A stretch of 46,481 bases of DNA from Candidatus Taylorbacteria bacterium RIFCSPHIGHO2_01_FULL_51_15 (GTDB taxonomy: Bacteria; Patescibacteriota; Minisyncoccia; Phycocordibacterales; UBA10002): contig MHRI01000003.1 of NCBI GenBank assembly GCA_001820935.1, positions 3,903 to 50,383 of the forward strand, given 5' to 3'. The notes beneath the pieces were generated by a model. It saw nothing but the letters and a program-made list of their open reading frames with translations. It ran no database searches and was not told where the DNA came from. Of this stretch, positions 35,833 through 44,197 are shown one piece after another. Both the position numbers and the translations under genes were made by a program. Positions within the stretch are counted from its first letter, which is position 1. Each line of letters begins with the position of its first letter.

Positions 35833-35980
35833 GTAACTCTCCGCACCCCTTATTCTCCCTTTCCTAAAGGGAGTGGGCGTAGGCCGAGGGATTTCTAAAA
35901 TCCTCCGGCCTCGCTGACTCGGCCACCTCCTTTTAAAAAGGAGGAATGAGAAGCATTCTTCGGGAGGTGTGGAGAGTGAC
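35833..35980. mobile_element. MITE-like hairpin repeat, copy 4 (148 bp)
   Basis: GTAACTCTCCGCACC ... GGTGTGGAGAGTGAC; colinear with 30433-30592 but lacks the nested palindrome. Confidence 0.8.
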
Positions 35981-36165
35981 CGCGTGCCCTCTTGCGAGGG
36001 CTCGACAACTCATGGTCTAACCGATTTTTCCACCAACGCACACTCTTGCAAAGCATATTTGGGTGATAGAATAGGCACTACGAATTACGTATTTTTACGA
36101 ATATACGAATCAATTGTCTTCGTTCGTATATTCATACTGATTCAGTGTTCGTAGTTCGTATTGCT

Positions 36166-38868
36166 ATGGAAATTTATATCACAAAACGCGATGGCACTCG
36201 AGAACCGTTTAACGCGGATCGCATCAACCGTTCGATCGAGCGCGCGTGCCGCGGGCTTTCGGATCCCATCTCAATGGTGACACAGATCGCGACGGAGACG
36301 AAGCTCACGCTCTACGATGGCATCACCACCGAGGAAATGGACCAAGCAACCATCAATGCCGCGGTGCAGAACGTCAAAGAAGACATCGAATACGATAAAG
36401 TCGCTACCCGGCTTCTCCTCAAAACCGTATACCGGCGGGTGGTGGGCGATTTCGAGAATAGTGAGGAAACGCTTGATAAAATGCACCGGGACGGATTTCT
36501 TCGATACATCCGAGAAGGCGTTGCCGAAGGGCTCCTCGACGCGCGAATGAGCGAGAAATATGATCTCGAAAAGCTTCGTGACGCGATCGATATTGAGCGC
36601 GATGAATTGTTCCAGTATGCGGGACTCTCTTCCTTGCTCAACCGCTACGCGGTGAAGGATAAGGAACAAGAGCCGCGAGAAACGCCCCAATACTTTTTTA
36701 TGCGCATCGCGATGGGCCTTGCGTACAACGAAAAACATCCGACCGAATGGGCGAAGAAATTTTACGATAAGATGTCGCGCCTCGAGTATATCGCCGGCGG
36801 CTCGACCAACATCCACGCCGGCACGCCTCGCCCCGCGCTTTCCAACTGTTTTCTTCTTGAGATTCATGACGACATCGAGCATATCGCGAAGTCAGTCGCG
36901 GACGTGATCAAGCTCTCCAAGGCATCCGGCGGCATCGGCGCTTCGATCACGAAACTTCGAGCCGCCGGTTCGCCTCTCTCTTCGAACAACACCACCTCGA
37001 GCGGTCCCACACCGTTCGCTAAGATCATCGACACCGCAATTCGCGCGGTACAGCGAGGGGGTAAGAAAAAAGGAGCGCTCTGCTTTTACATGGAAAACTG
37101 GCATTACGATTTTCCGGAGTTTCTCGATTGGAAACACAATGCCGGCGACGATTACCTTAGGATGCGTACCGCGAACACCGCCGTCTTTCTCTCTGATGAG
37201 TTTATGCGCCGCGTCGCGGGGGGAGCCGATTGGTACCTTTTCGATCCTAAGGAGACCCCGGACCTCAATGAACTCTACGGAGACCGCTTTGTTAAGCGGT
37301 ATAACGAGTACGTCGGCATGGCGCAGGCGGGCAAGCTGCGGATTTTCCGAAAGGTTCCCGCCCGCGAGCAATTCCGCCAGATCCTCGTATCTTTGCAAAC
37401 CACCTCACACCCTTGGCTTACCTGGAAGGACGCGATTAACCTGCGCGCTCTTAACAACAACACCGGCACGATCCACATGTCCAACCTCTGTACCGAGATC
37501 ACTCTCCCGCAGGATAAAGATCACATCGCGGTCTGCAACCTCGCCTCGATTAACTTAGCGGCGCACGTGCATAACAAGGAGGTGCATTGGGGCAAGCTCG
37601 ATTCGAGCGTCCGGTTCGCGGTGCGCCAACTCGATAACCTCATCGACATCAACGTGCTTCCCGTGAAGGAAGCCGAGAGTTCGGATAGGGAAAATCGCGC
37701 GATCGGACTCGGGGTCATGGGATTTACCGACACGCTGGAAAAACTCGGCATGGCCTATGACAGCGAGCACGCTGCCGATTTCGCGGACCGCATCTTCGAA
37801 TTCATCAGCTACATGGCGATCGATGAAAGCGCGAATCTTGCAGAGGAGCGAGGCTCGTATTCACACTTCCAGGGGTCGGGCTGGTCGCGCGGCAAAGTGC
37901 CGCAGGATACCTTGGCCCGTCTCGAGCGCGACCGCGGAACCCCCCTTACGGTGATGAAGGAAAGTCGGCATCGTGGCCTCAACTGGGATGTGCTTCGCGA
38001 GAAAGTCAAAAAAGGCATGCGTAACGCGACTCTCATGGCAGTCGCGCCTAACGCCAACATCGGCCTTGTCGCGGGGACGACACCGGGGATTGATCCGCGC
38101 TTCGCGCAGGTATTTTCTCGCAACAAGATTTCCGGCAAATATCTCGACATCAACCACAACCTCGTACTTGATCTCAAGAACATGGGGCTTTGGGAGAAAG
38201 TGCGCGACGAAATTATCGAAGCGCAAGGAGACATCGAACATATCTCCGATATCCCCGAGCACATCAAAAGGATCTATAAAACGTCTTTCACGACCTCGCC
38301 ATTCGCTTTTATCGAAGTCGCGGCTCGAGCGCAAAAGTGGGTTGACCAGGCGCTCTCGCGCAACATGTATCTTGAAACACGCGACATCGACGAGACGATG
38401 AAGATTTATCAAACCGCGTGGGAAAAGGGCGTTAAGACAACTTACTACCTGCACATGAAGCCGCGTCATACGGCCGAGCAATCGACCACGCACGTGAACA
38501 AAGCGCAAAAAATGGGCAAGCTCGGCTTCGCGGCGGCGTTTAGGAGAGCTCCCGTGCCAACCGCGTTCGGCGGTATCTCGAAGCTCCAGCCGCCTCTTCT
38601 TACTCCTCTTACTCCGACTCCCGCAAAAGCAGAGCCGGTCATGGTAAAAGCAGAGACCCCGTCTCCGATACAAAGCGTTCAAGTAGAGGTGAAGGAAACG
38701 GTTATGGCTTCGGTCAATGCCGAGGCTTCGAAACAAGCGGGTTTTGCGTCAGTATCGGATACTCCCTCGGTCAGAAAGCAAATTACCGTCGAAGAGGTCC
38801 TCGCAATGGGAGCAAACGCCGGTCCGGAGGATCCGCAAGATGGACTCATCTGCGACAGTTGCCAGTGA
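36166..38868 (+). CDS. nrdA: Ribonucleotide reductase class I alpha subunit with ATP cone
   Basis: ITKRDG ATP cone, LSNCF, SNLCTEI, VCNLASINL, AVAPNANI, QKWVDQALS, KTTYYL, terminal CDSCQ. Confidence 0.96.
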   Translation: MEIYITKRDGTREPFNADRINRSIERACRGLSDPISMVTQIATETKLTLYDGITTEEMDQATINAAVQNVKEDIEYDKVATRLLLKTVYRRVVGDFENSEETLDKMHRDGFLRYIREGVAEGLLDARMSEKYDLEKLRDAIDIERDELFQYAGLSSLLNRYAVKDKEQEPRETPQYFFMRIAMGLAYNEKHPTEWAKKFYDKMSRLEYIAGGSTNIHAGTPRPALSNCFLLEIHDDIEHIAKSVADVIKLSKASGGIGASITKLRAAGSPLSSNNTTSSGPTPFAKIIDTAIRAVQRGGKKKGALCFYMENWHYDFPEFLDWKHNAGDDYLRMRTANTAVFLSDEFMRRVAGGADWYLFDPKETPDLNELYGDRFVKRYNEYVGMAQAGKLRIFRKVPAREQFRQILVSLQTTSHPWLTWKDAINLRALNNNTGTIHMSNLCTEITLPQDKDHIAVCNLASINLAAHVHNKEVHWGKLDSSVRFAVRQLDNLIDINVLPVKEAESSDRENRAIGLGVMGFTDTLEKLGMAYDSEHAADFADRIFEFISYMAIDESANLAEERGSYSHFQGSGWSRGKVPQDTLARLERDRGTPLTVMKESRHRGLNWDVLREKVKKGMRNATLMAVAPNANIGLVAGTTPGIDPRFAQVFSRNKISGKYLDINHNLVLDLKNMGLWEKVRDEIIEAQGDIEHISDIPEHIKRIYKTSFTTSPFAFIEVAARAQKWVDQALSRNMYLETRDIDETMKIYQTAWEKGVKTTYYLHMKPRHTAEQSTTHVNKAQKMGKLGFAAAFRRAPVPTAFGGISKLQPPLLTPLTPTPAKAEPVMVKAETPSPIQSVQVEVKETVMASVNAEASKQAGFASVSDTPSVRKQITVEEVLAMGANAGPEDPQDGLICDSCQ

Positions 38869-38875
38869 ATCCGAG

Positions 38876-38965
38876 TCTGTAAAGTTAAAAGTTCTTAAAG
38901 TCATAACGCAAGAACTGAATGGTTGACTTTACAAACGTTATAAACCTTATAGACTTTACAGACTT
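38876..38965. repeat. Inverted degenerate ~9-mer arrays between nrdA and nrdB
   Basis: TCTGTAAAGTT AAAAGTT CTTAAAGTCATAA .. GACTTTACA AACGTTATA AACCTTATA GACTTTACA GACTT. Confidence 0.65.
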
Positions 38966-38968
38966 CAT

Positions 38969-39997
38969 ATGGCTCTCATCGGCAAAGCACAACCGGAAGA
39001 CATGAATTTGCACCCCATACGCTACCAGTGGGCGTATGACCTCTATCAGCAAGCGGTGCGGAATACCTGGTTTCCGCACGAGATCGCCTTGAAGGAAGAT
39101 CTCGATGATTGGAACAAAATGACCGAGGACGAACGTCACGCGGTGAAGTTTCTCATGGCGTTCTTCAATCCGGCGGAACTTATTGTCAATCGCTCCATCG
39201 CGCTCGGGTGGTACCCGTACCTGAAGGCGCCCGAGTGCCACCTTTACCTCGCGAAGCAAATGTGGGAGGAAGCGAACCATTGCGTCGCGTTCGAGTACGT
39301 GCTCCAGACATTCCCGCTTGACCGCGAGAAGGTATTCAACATCCATCTTGAAGTGCCCTCGATGAAGGCGAAGGAGGAATACATCTTGAAGTACCTGAAT
39401 CGCATGACCGAAATGATTTTGCCCATTGAAACCATTGAGGGTAAAAAAGATTTCATTCGGAATCTTATCGCCACCAATATCGTCATGGAGGGGATTTGGT
39501 TCTATTCGGGTTTTATGGTGGCGCTTTCGTTCCGGCAACGCAATCAGCTTCGCAACTTCGGTTCGATGATTAACTGGGTGCTCCGAGACGAGTCGCTTCA
39601 CCTGAAGTTTGGCATCAATCTCGTCCACACTGCGCTCGAAGAAAACGCGGAACTCCTCACTCCGGAGTTCGCGAATGAAATTAAAGAAATCATCATTGAG
39701 GGCGTCGAGAGGGAAACCGCCTACAACAAAGATCTCTTCCCCCGCGGCATCCTCGGCCTTAACGCCGATTACGTGAACCAGTATGTGCAGTACGTCACCG
39801 ACAGGCGACTTGAGGAGCTCGGACTCCCCAAGCACTACAACTCGAAAAATCCGGCGAAATGGATGAGTACCGCGACCGATGTCTTTGAGCTCGTGAATTT
39901 TTTCGAGGCCCAAAACACTTCCTACGAAGTGGACGCCACCGCCGGACATGTGAAGAAAGAAAAACCGGCTGAAGGGGTCAAAGAACCGGCTGAATAA
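38969..39997 (+). CDS. nrdB: Ribonucleotide reductase beta subunit, class Ic (Mn/Fe) signature
   Basis: W.PHEI, FFNPAE (Glu as first ligand), EEANHCVAF (Phe at radical-Tyr site), MEGIWFYSGF, RDESLH, NFFE. Confidence 0.92.
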   Translation: MALIGKAQPEDMNLHPIRYQWAYDLYQQAVRNTWFPHEIALKEDLDDWNKMTEDERHAVKFLMAFFNPAELIVNRSIALGWYPYLKAPECHLYLAKQMWEEANHCVAFEYVLQTFPLDREKVFNIHLEVPSMKAKEEYILKYLNRMTEMILPIETIEGKKDFIRNLIATNIVMEGIWFYSGFMVALSFRQRNQLRNFGSMINWVLRDESLHLKFGINLVHTALEENAELLTPEFANEIKEIIIEGVERETAYNKDLFPRGILGLNADYVNQYVQYVTDRRLEELGLPKHYNSKNPAKWMSTATDVFELVNFFEAQNTSYEVDATAGHVKKEKPAEGVKEPAE

Positions 39998-40060
39998 CTT
40001 ACCCAGTAAAACTCGAAGACTCGCCACTGGGCAAGTCACCGATAACTGAATCACTGAATA

Positions 40061-40089
40061 ACAAAAACCCCGAAAGGGGTTTTTGTTTT
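40061..40089 (+). terminator. Terminator of nrdAB
   Basis: ACAAAAACCCC-GAAA-GGGGTTTTTGT-TTT. Confidence 0.85.
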
Positions 40090-40134
40090 GGAAAGGCTTT
40101 GATAAGCTAAAGGAAGCGGCACAAAGGAATACGT

Positions 40135-40368
40135 ATGAACACAACTCGAGAACCATTAAGTAGGAACACACAAAAGAAACGCGATATCTGCAGACGACGG
40201 GGACACAAGCTTATCATTACGAGGAGAGGCGATGCGGAAGTGCCTGACACTTACTCGGACTACTGCGGACGGTGCGGCCATTGCTTTACCCGCAGGGAAT
40301 CAAAGGACATCTTGGATAGCAGTGGCGGATGGACCGAAACGCTAAGGGCAGGAATGGTGAACGATTGA
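40135..40368 (+). CDS. Small hypothetical protein with CxxxGH..CxxC motif
   Basis: ICRRRGHK..YCGRCGHC; AAAGGA upstream; own terminator downstream. Confidence 0.55.
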   Translation: MNTTREPLSRNTQKKRDICRRRGHKLIITRRGDAEVPDTYSDYCGRCGHCFTRRESKDILDSSGGWTETLRAGMVND

Positions 40369-40384
40369 GCCCGTCTTTTAGAGA

Positions 40385-40414
40385 GCCAGTGGCGAAGCGC
40401 CACTGGTCTTTTTT
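40385..40414 (+). terminator. Rho-independent terminator
   Basis: GCCAGTGGCG-AAG-CGCCACTGGT-CTTTTTT. Confidence 0.8.
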
Positions 40415-40546
40415 GCTTCGCAGATCGTTGCAAATTCTTCCGATGGGCCAAATTTGCAACGTTTGGGAGCGACACTTTAACATTTACTCGCCGATTCCTC
40501 ATGAGGAGCCTTTTTTATTGCTCTATATCAGTGTACAATGTTGCCC

Positions 40547-41974
40547 ATGTCTCAAAAACCCCTCACCATCGTTATTTTCGGAGCGACGGGAGATCTCTTC
40601 CAGAAAAAGCTCGCGGGAGCGCTTTTTGACCTCCATGAGAAGAAACTCCTTCCCGAGAGCACCAAGATCGTGGGATTCTCACGAAAATCTTTTTCGCACG
40701 ACCAGTTTCGCGCCTTCATTCAGAATTCTCTTTCCCTGCGAGCGGGGGGGAAGATACTTGAGCCTGATGAGTTCATTGCCAAAGCTTGGTACCACGCGGG
40801 CGATCTTAACAATAAAGAGAGCTATGTGTCGCTAGAGAAATTTCTCGAAGAGCACGATAGACTCCTTGGGGCCTGTAGCGACAAACTCTTCTACCTCGCG
40901 GTTCCGCCCACCCTCTACGAAACGGTGTTTAAGCGGCTTTCCGCTTCAGACCTCACGATTCCGTGCGCTCCCGGACTTCCGGATGAGGAAAAAGCGTGGA
41001 CGCGGGTGCTTGTTGAGAAGCCGTTTGGCAATAATGAAAAAGAGGCGGCTCGTCTCGACCGAATGCTGGGCACTCTTTTTGAAGAGGAGCAGATCTTTCG
41101 GATCGATCACTACCTCGCGAAGGAGACGATGCAAAATATCGTTTCCTTCCGTTTCTCCAACGGACTTTTTGAGCCGCTCTGGAACAGGCGCCATGTGGAG
41201 CGAGTCGAGGTGACTTTCTTGGAAAAGGACGGTGTGTCTTCGCGAGGACCGTCTTACGATCCGGTGGGGGCGCTCCGCGATGTTGGCCAGAATCACCTTT
41301 TACAGATGCTCGCGCTCGTCGCAATGGAAAACCCGAAGGATCTTGACGCAAAGGAGCTTCGCGCCGCTCGGGCAAAAGTGCTCCGCTACGCTTTGCTCGC
41401 GAAGGGCGACCTTGCGCACTCGATCGTTCGCGGTCAATACGAAGGATACAAGGGAGAAGCTGGTATCGCCCCGGATTCGGCGACTGAAACGTACTTCAAG
41501 CTGAAGATGTCGGTAAAGAACAATCGCTGGCGCGGTATTCCTTTTTATCTTGAGAGCGGCAAGGCGCTGAAGGAATCAAACGTCGCCATCTCCGTATTCT
41601 TCAAGCCTACGCCCTGCCTATGTCCGGAGGGACATACAAACGCTCATCAAAACGTTCTCTCTTTCGGCCTCTTCCCCCGAGCGGAGATTTCGATAGTATT
41701 CTGGGCGAAGAAACCGGGATTTCATTTTCAGTTGGAGCCAAAACGCCTCGCGTTTTCCTTCCCGGAAGGCGCGCTCGCGCACGAGGTCCCGGACGCGTAC
41801 GAGAGAGTACTTCTCGACGCCATTCGAGGCGACCAAACGCTCTTTCCTTCCACCGAAGAGGTGAAGCGGCAATGGAAGATCATTACGCCCATACTTGAGA
41901 AATGGACGAGTGTACCCTTGCATGTCTACGAGAAGGGGAGCAAGGGACCTACGATTACAGAGCAATCGAATTAG
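40547..41974 (+). CDS. zwf: Glucose-6-phosphate 1-dehydrogenase
   Basis: IFGATGDL, FYLAVPP, EKPFG, RIDHYLAKE, RDVGQNHLLQ, RGQY, DAYER. Confidence 0.96.
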   Translation: MSQKPLTIVIFGATGDLFQKKLAGALFDLHEKKLLPESTKIVGFSRKSFSHDQFRAFIQNSLSLRAGGKILEPDEFIAKAWYHAGDLNNKESYVSLEKFLEEHDRLLGACSDKLFYLAVPPTLYETVFKRLSASDLTIPCAPGLPDEEKAWTRVLVEKPFGNNEKEAARLDRMLGTLFEEEQIFRIDHYLAKETMQNIVSFRFSNGLFEPLWNRRHVERVEVTFLEKDGVSSRGPSYDPVGALRDVGQNHLLQMLALVAMENPKDLDAKELRAARAKVLRYALLAKGDLAHSIVRGQYEGYKGEAGIAPDSATETYFKLKMSVKNNRWRGIPFYLESGKALKESNVAISVFFKPTPCLCPEGHTNAHQNVLSFGLFPRAEISIVFWAKKPGFHFQLEPKRLAFSFPEGALAHEVPDAYERVLLDAIRGDQTLFPSTEEVKRQWKIITPILEKWTSVPLHVYEKGSKGPTITEQSN

Positions 41975-42007
41975 AATTAAATGGGAGGAATGAGGAGTTA
42001 CGCGTAA

Positions 42008-42031
42008 TTCATAATTCATACTTCATTATTC
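42008..42031. repeat. Heptamer array running into the gnd ATG
   Basis: TTCATAA TTCATAC TTCATTA TTC-ATG; weak GAATTA-type counterpart at the zwf stop. Confidence 0.7.
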
Positions 42032-43021
42032 ATGCATTTGGGTTACATCGGCTTAGGAAAGATGGGACTCGCGCAGGTTGAAAGGCTTCTTGAATATGGC
42101 CACAGAGTGGTTGCGTGGAACCGAAGTGAAAAGCCTCGTCGGGAGGCGAGAAAGGCTGGGGCAGAAGTGAGCGAAACACTGGAAGCTGTGTGCTCGCGAT
42201 TAAACACACCGAGACTCATCTGGCTCATGGTGCCGCATGGGGCGGTAGACGAGGTACTCACAGAGCTTCTGCCGCACCTTTCAAAGGGCGATACTCTCAT
42301 CGACGGAGGGAATTCATTTTATGAGCACTCTATGCGGCGCGCGAAGATTCTTTCCCGAAAGGGAATTAACTTTCTCGATGTCGGTACCTCCGGCGGTCCT
42401 GTAGGCGCCCGAAAAGGCGCCTGTCTTATGATTGGTGGAGAAAAAAAAGTCTACGAAAAATATGAAAAGCTCTTCAGAGACCTTGCGGTTCTCGACGGCT
42501 ACGCGTACATGGGCAAGGCCGGAGCCGGGCACTTTGTAAAAATGGTACATAACGGCATTGAATATGGAATGATGCAGGCAATCGGCGAGGGGTTCGATGT
42601 GCTTCGCACCGCAGAACTACGCGGACTTGACGCAGACAGACGCAGACTCCACCCCCCTCACTCCCCCCTCTTAAGAGGGGGGAAGGAAAGGAGGGTGCGA
42701 TTCGGACTTAACTTAAAACAAATTGCGCGGTTGTATAATCAGGGGAGCGTTATTGAGTCAAGGCTAATTCAGTGGCTCGCGAACGCATTTGAAGAGCACG
42801 GTGAAAAACTCGCGGGCATCTCTGGGTCAGTTGCCCACAGCGGGGAAGGACTCTGGACGGTAGAGACGGCGAAAAAGCTTAGGGTTCCAGTGACGGTCAT
42901 CAAGGATTCGCTTCGGTTTCGCATCAATTCGAAAGGCAATCCTACATTTACCGGGCAAGTGGTGAGTGCGCTTCGAAATCAATTCGGAGGACACAACGTT
43001 TCCAAGAAGAAGACTTCTTGA
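42032..43021 (+). CDS. gnd: 6-phosphogluconate dehydrogenase, short form, with repeat-derived insertion
   Basis: GYIGLGKMG, IDGGNS, DVGTSGG, AGHFVKMVHNGIEYGMMQ, SGEGLWT, ALRNQFGGH. Confidence 0.95.
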   Translation: MHLGYIGLGKMGLAQVERLLEYGHRVVAWNRSEKPRREARKAGAEVSETLEAVCSRLNTPRLIWLMVPHGAVDEVLTELLPHLSKGDTLIDGGNSFYEHSMRRAKILSRKGINFLDVGTSGGPVGARKGACLMIGGEKKVYEKYEKLFRDLAVLDGYAYMGKAGAGHFVKMVHNGIEYGMMQAIGEGFDVLRTAELRGLDADRRRLHPPHSPLLRGGKERRVRFGLNLKQIARLYNQGSVIESRLIQWLANAFEEHGEKLAGISGSVAHSGEGLWTVETAKKLRVPVTVIKDSLRFRINSKGNPTFTGQVVSALRNQFGGHNVSKKKTS

Positions 43022-43026
43022 AAACG

Positions 43027-43079
43027 AATTTCCAATTTCCAATTTCCAATTTCCAAAAAATTTTCAATTACCAATTTCC
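43027..43079. repeat. AATTTCC heptamer array between gnd and pgi/pmi
   Basis: (AATTTCC)4 AAAA AATTTTC AATTACC AATTTCC, ending 3 nt before ATG 43083. Confidence 0.9.
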
Positions 43080-43082
43080 AAA

Positions 43083-44048
43083 ATGGAGGAAGCTATCAGA
43101 AATTTTCATACCCAGTTCTCGTGGAAGCCCGTGATCGTGCACAAAGAGAAACTTCCTTTCGCGAAGGAGTATATTGTTGTGGGGATGGGCGGCTCGCACC
43201 TTTCTGCTGATCTTATCAAGACATACGATCCAAACCTTGATATCGGCGTTTACAGCGATTATGGACTTCCTCCTGTGTCCCCAAGGAGACTTAGAGAGAG
43301 CCTCCTTATCGCGAGTTCCTACTCGGGGAATACCGAGGAGCCGATTGATTTTCTCCGAATTGCCAAAAAGAAAGGCTACGGCGTAGCGGCAATGGGTATC
43401 GGCGGCACACTCATCGAGCTTTCGAGACGATATCGCATTCCTCACGTGGTGATCCCTGACACGAAGATCCAGCCACGCTCCGCCCTCGGTTTTTCGATGA
43501 GTGCGCTCGCGACTCTCATGCGGCATACACGGCTCGCGAGCGAACTTCGTTCGCTTGCAACAGTGCTTACACCCGATTTGCTGGAGCGCGAGGGCAAGAA
43601 GCTGGCGAAGAAGCTAAAGAATTCCGTTCCAGTCATATACGCGTCGGCGGGGAACCGCGCGGTGGCGTATAATTGGAAGATCAAGTTTAATGAGACTGGG
43701 AAAATTCCGGCTTTCTACAATGTGTTTCCCGAACTCAACCATAACGAGATGACCGGCTTTGACCTCATCCCGAGCACCACGAAGCTCTCGAGCGCATTTC
43801 ATTTTATCTTTCTCACTGACACCGCAGATCACCCTAAAAATCAAAAGCGCATGGCTGTCTGCAAGAAACTCTACGAGAAACACGGACTTCCCGTAACCCA
43901 AGTTGCGCTACAGGGGAAAACAGCACTTGAACGCATGTTTCATTCGCTACTCGTGGCCGATTGGACCGCCCTGCATCTTTCGAAAATGTATAGAACAGAA
44001 GCCGAGCAAGTGCCGATGGTGGAAGAATTCAAAAAGCTGATCGCTTAA
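43083..44048 (+). CDS. Bifunctional phosphoglucose/phosphomannose isomerase (SIS)
   Basis: GMGGS, SSYSGNTEE, QPRSA, NETGK, PELNHNE; start at MEEAI. Confidence 0.9.
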   Translation: MEEAIRNFHTQFSWKPVIVHKEKLPFAKEYIVVGMGGSHLSADLIKTYDPNLDIGVYSDYGLPPVSPRRLRESLLIASSYSGNTEEPIDFLRIAKKKGYGVAAMGIGGTLIELSRRYRIPHVVIPDTKIQPRSALGFSMSALATLMRHTRLASELRSLATVLTPDLLEREGKKLAKKLKNSVPVIYASAGNRAVAYNWKIKFNETGKIPAFYNVFPELNHNEMTGFDLIPSTTKLSSAFHFIFLTDTADHPKNQKRMAVCKKLYEKHGLPVTQVALQGKTALERMFHSLLVADWTALHLSKMYRTEAEQVPMVEEFKKLIA

Positions 44049-44190
44049 AAGCACAAAGCACAGCACACAAAGAACAAACAAACATACCAAAGCACAGTAT
44101 CCAAAGAGCCAAACGAGAAAGTAGGTTTGTGTCTTGGGAAATTTGTGCTTTGTTTGGATTTTGGCGAGTTTGTGTTTTATGAAGTTTTAT
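44048..44190. repeat. Inverted AAAGCAC-type heptamer arrays between pgi/pmi and tal
   Basis: AAAGCAC AAAGCAC AGCACAC AAAGAAC.. and TTTGTGTCTTG..TTTGTGCTTTGTTTGG..TTTGTGTTT; same family as 9615-9746. Confidence 0.75.
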
Positions 44191-44197
44191 AAATTTT

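Noticed and set aside
36000-36165. NrdR boxes upstream of nrdA
   Set aside because: No acceptable match to the acaCwAtATaTwGtg consensus; region is dominated by TACGAA/TTCGTA repeats.
36166-38868. Intein or intron in nrdA
   Set aside because: Catalytic motifs are contiguous; no intein splice motifs or frame breaks seen.
37861-40171. Long antisense ORFs (291 and 428 aa)
   Set aside because: Shadow frames of codon-biased nrdA and nrdB with no recognisable motifs.
42966-43082. N-terminal extension of PGI/PMI (FPISNFQFPKNFQLPISK)
   Set aside because: Translation of the AATTTCC array and overlap with gnd; likely start is 43083.
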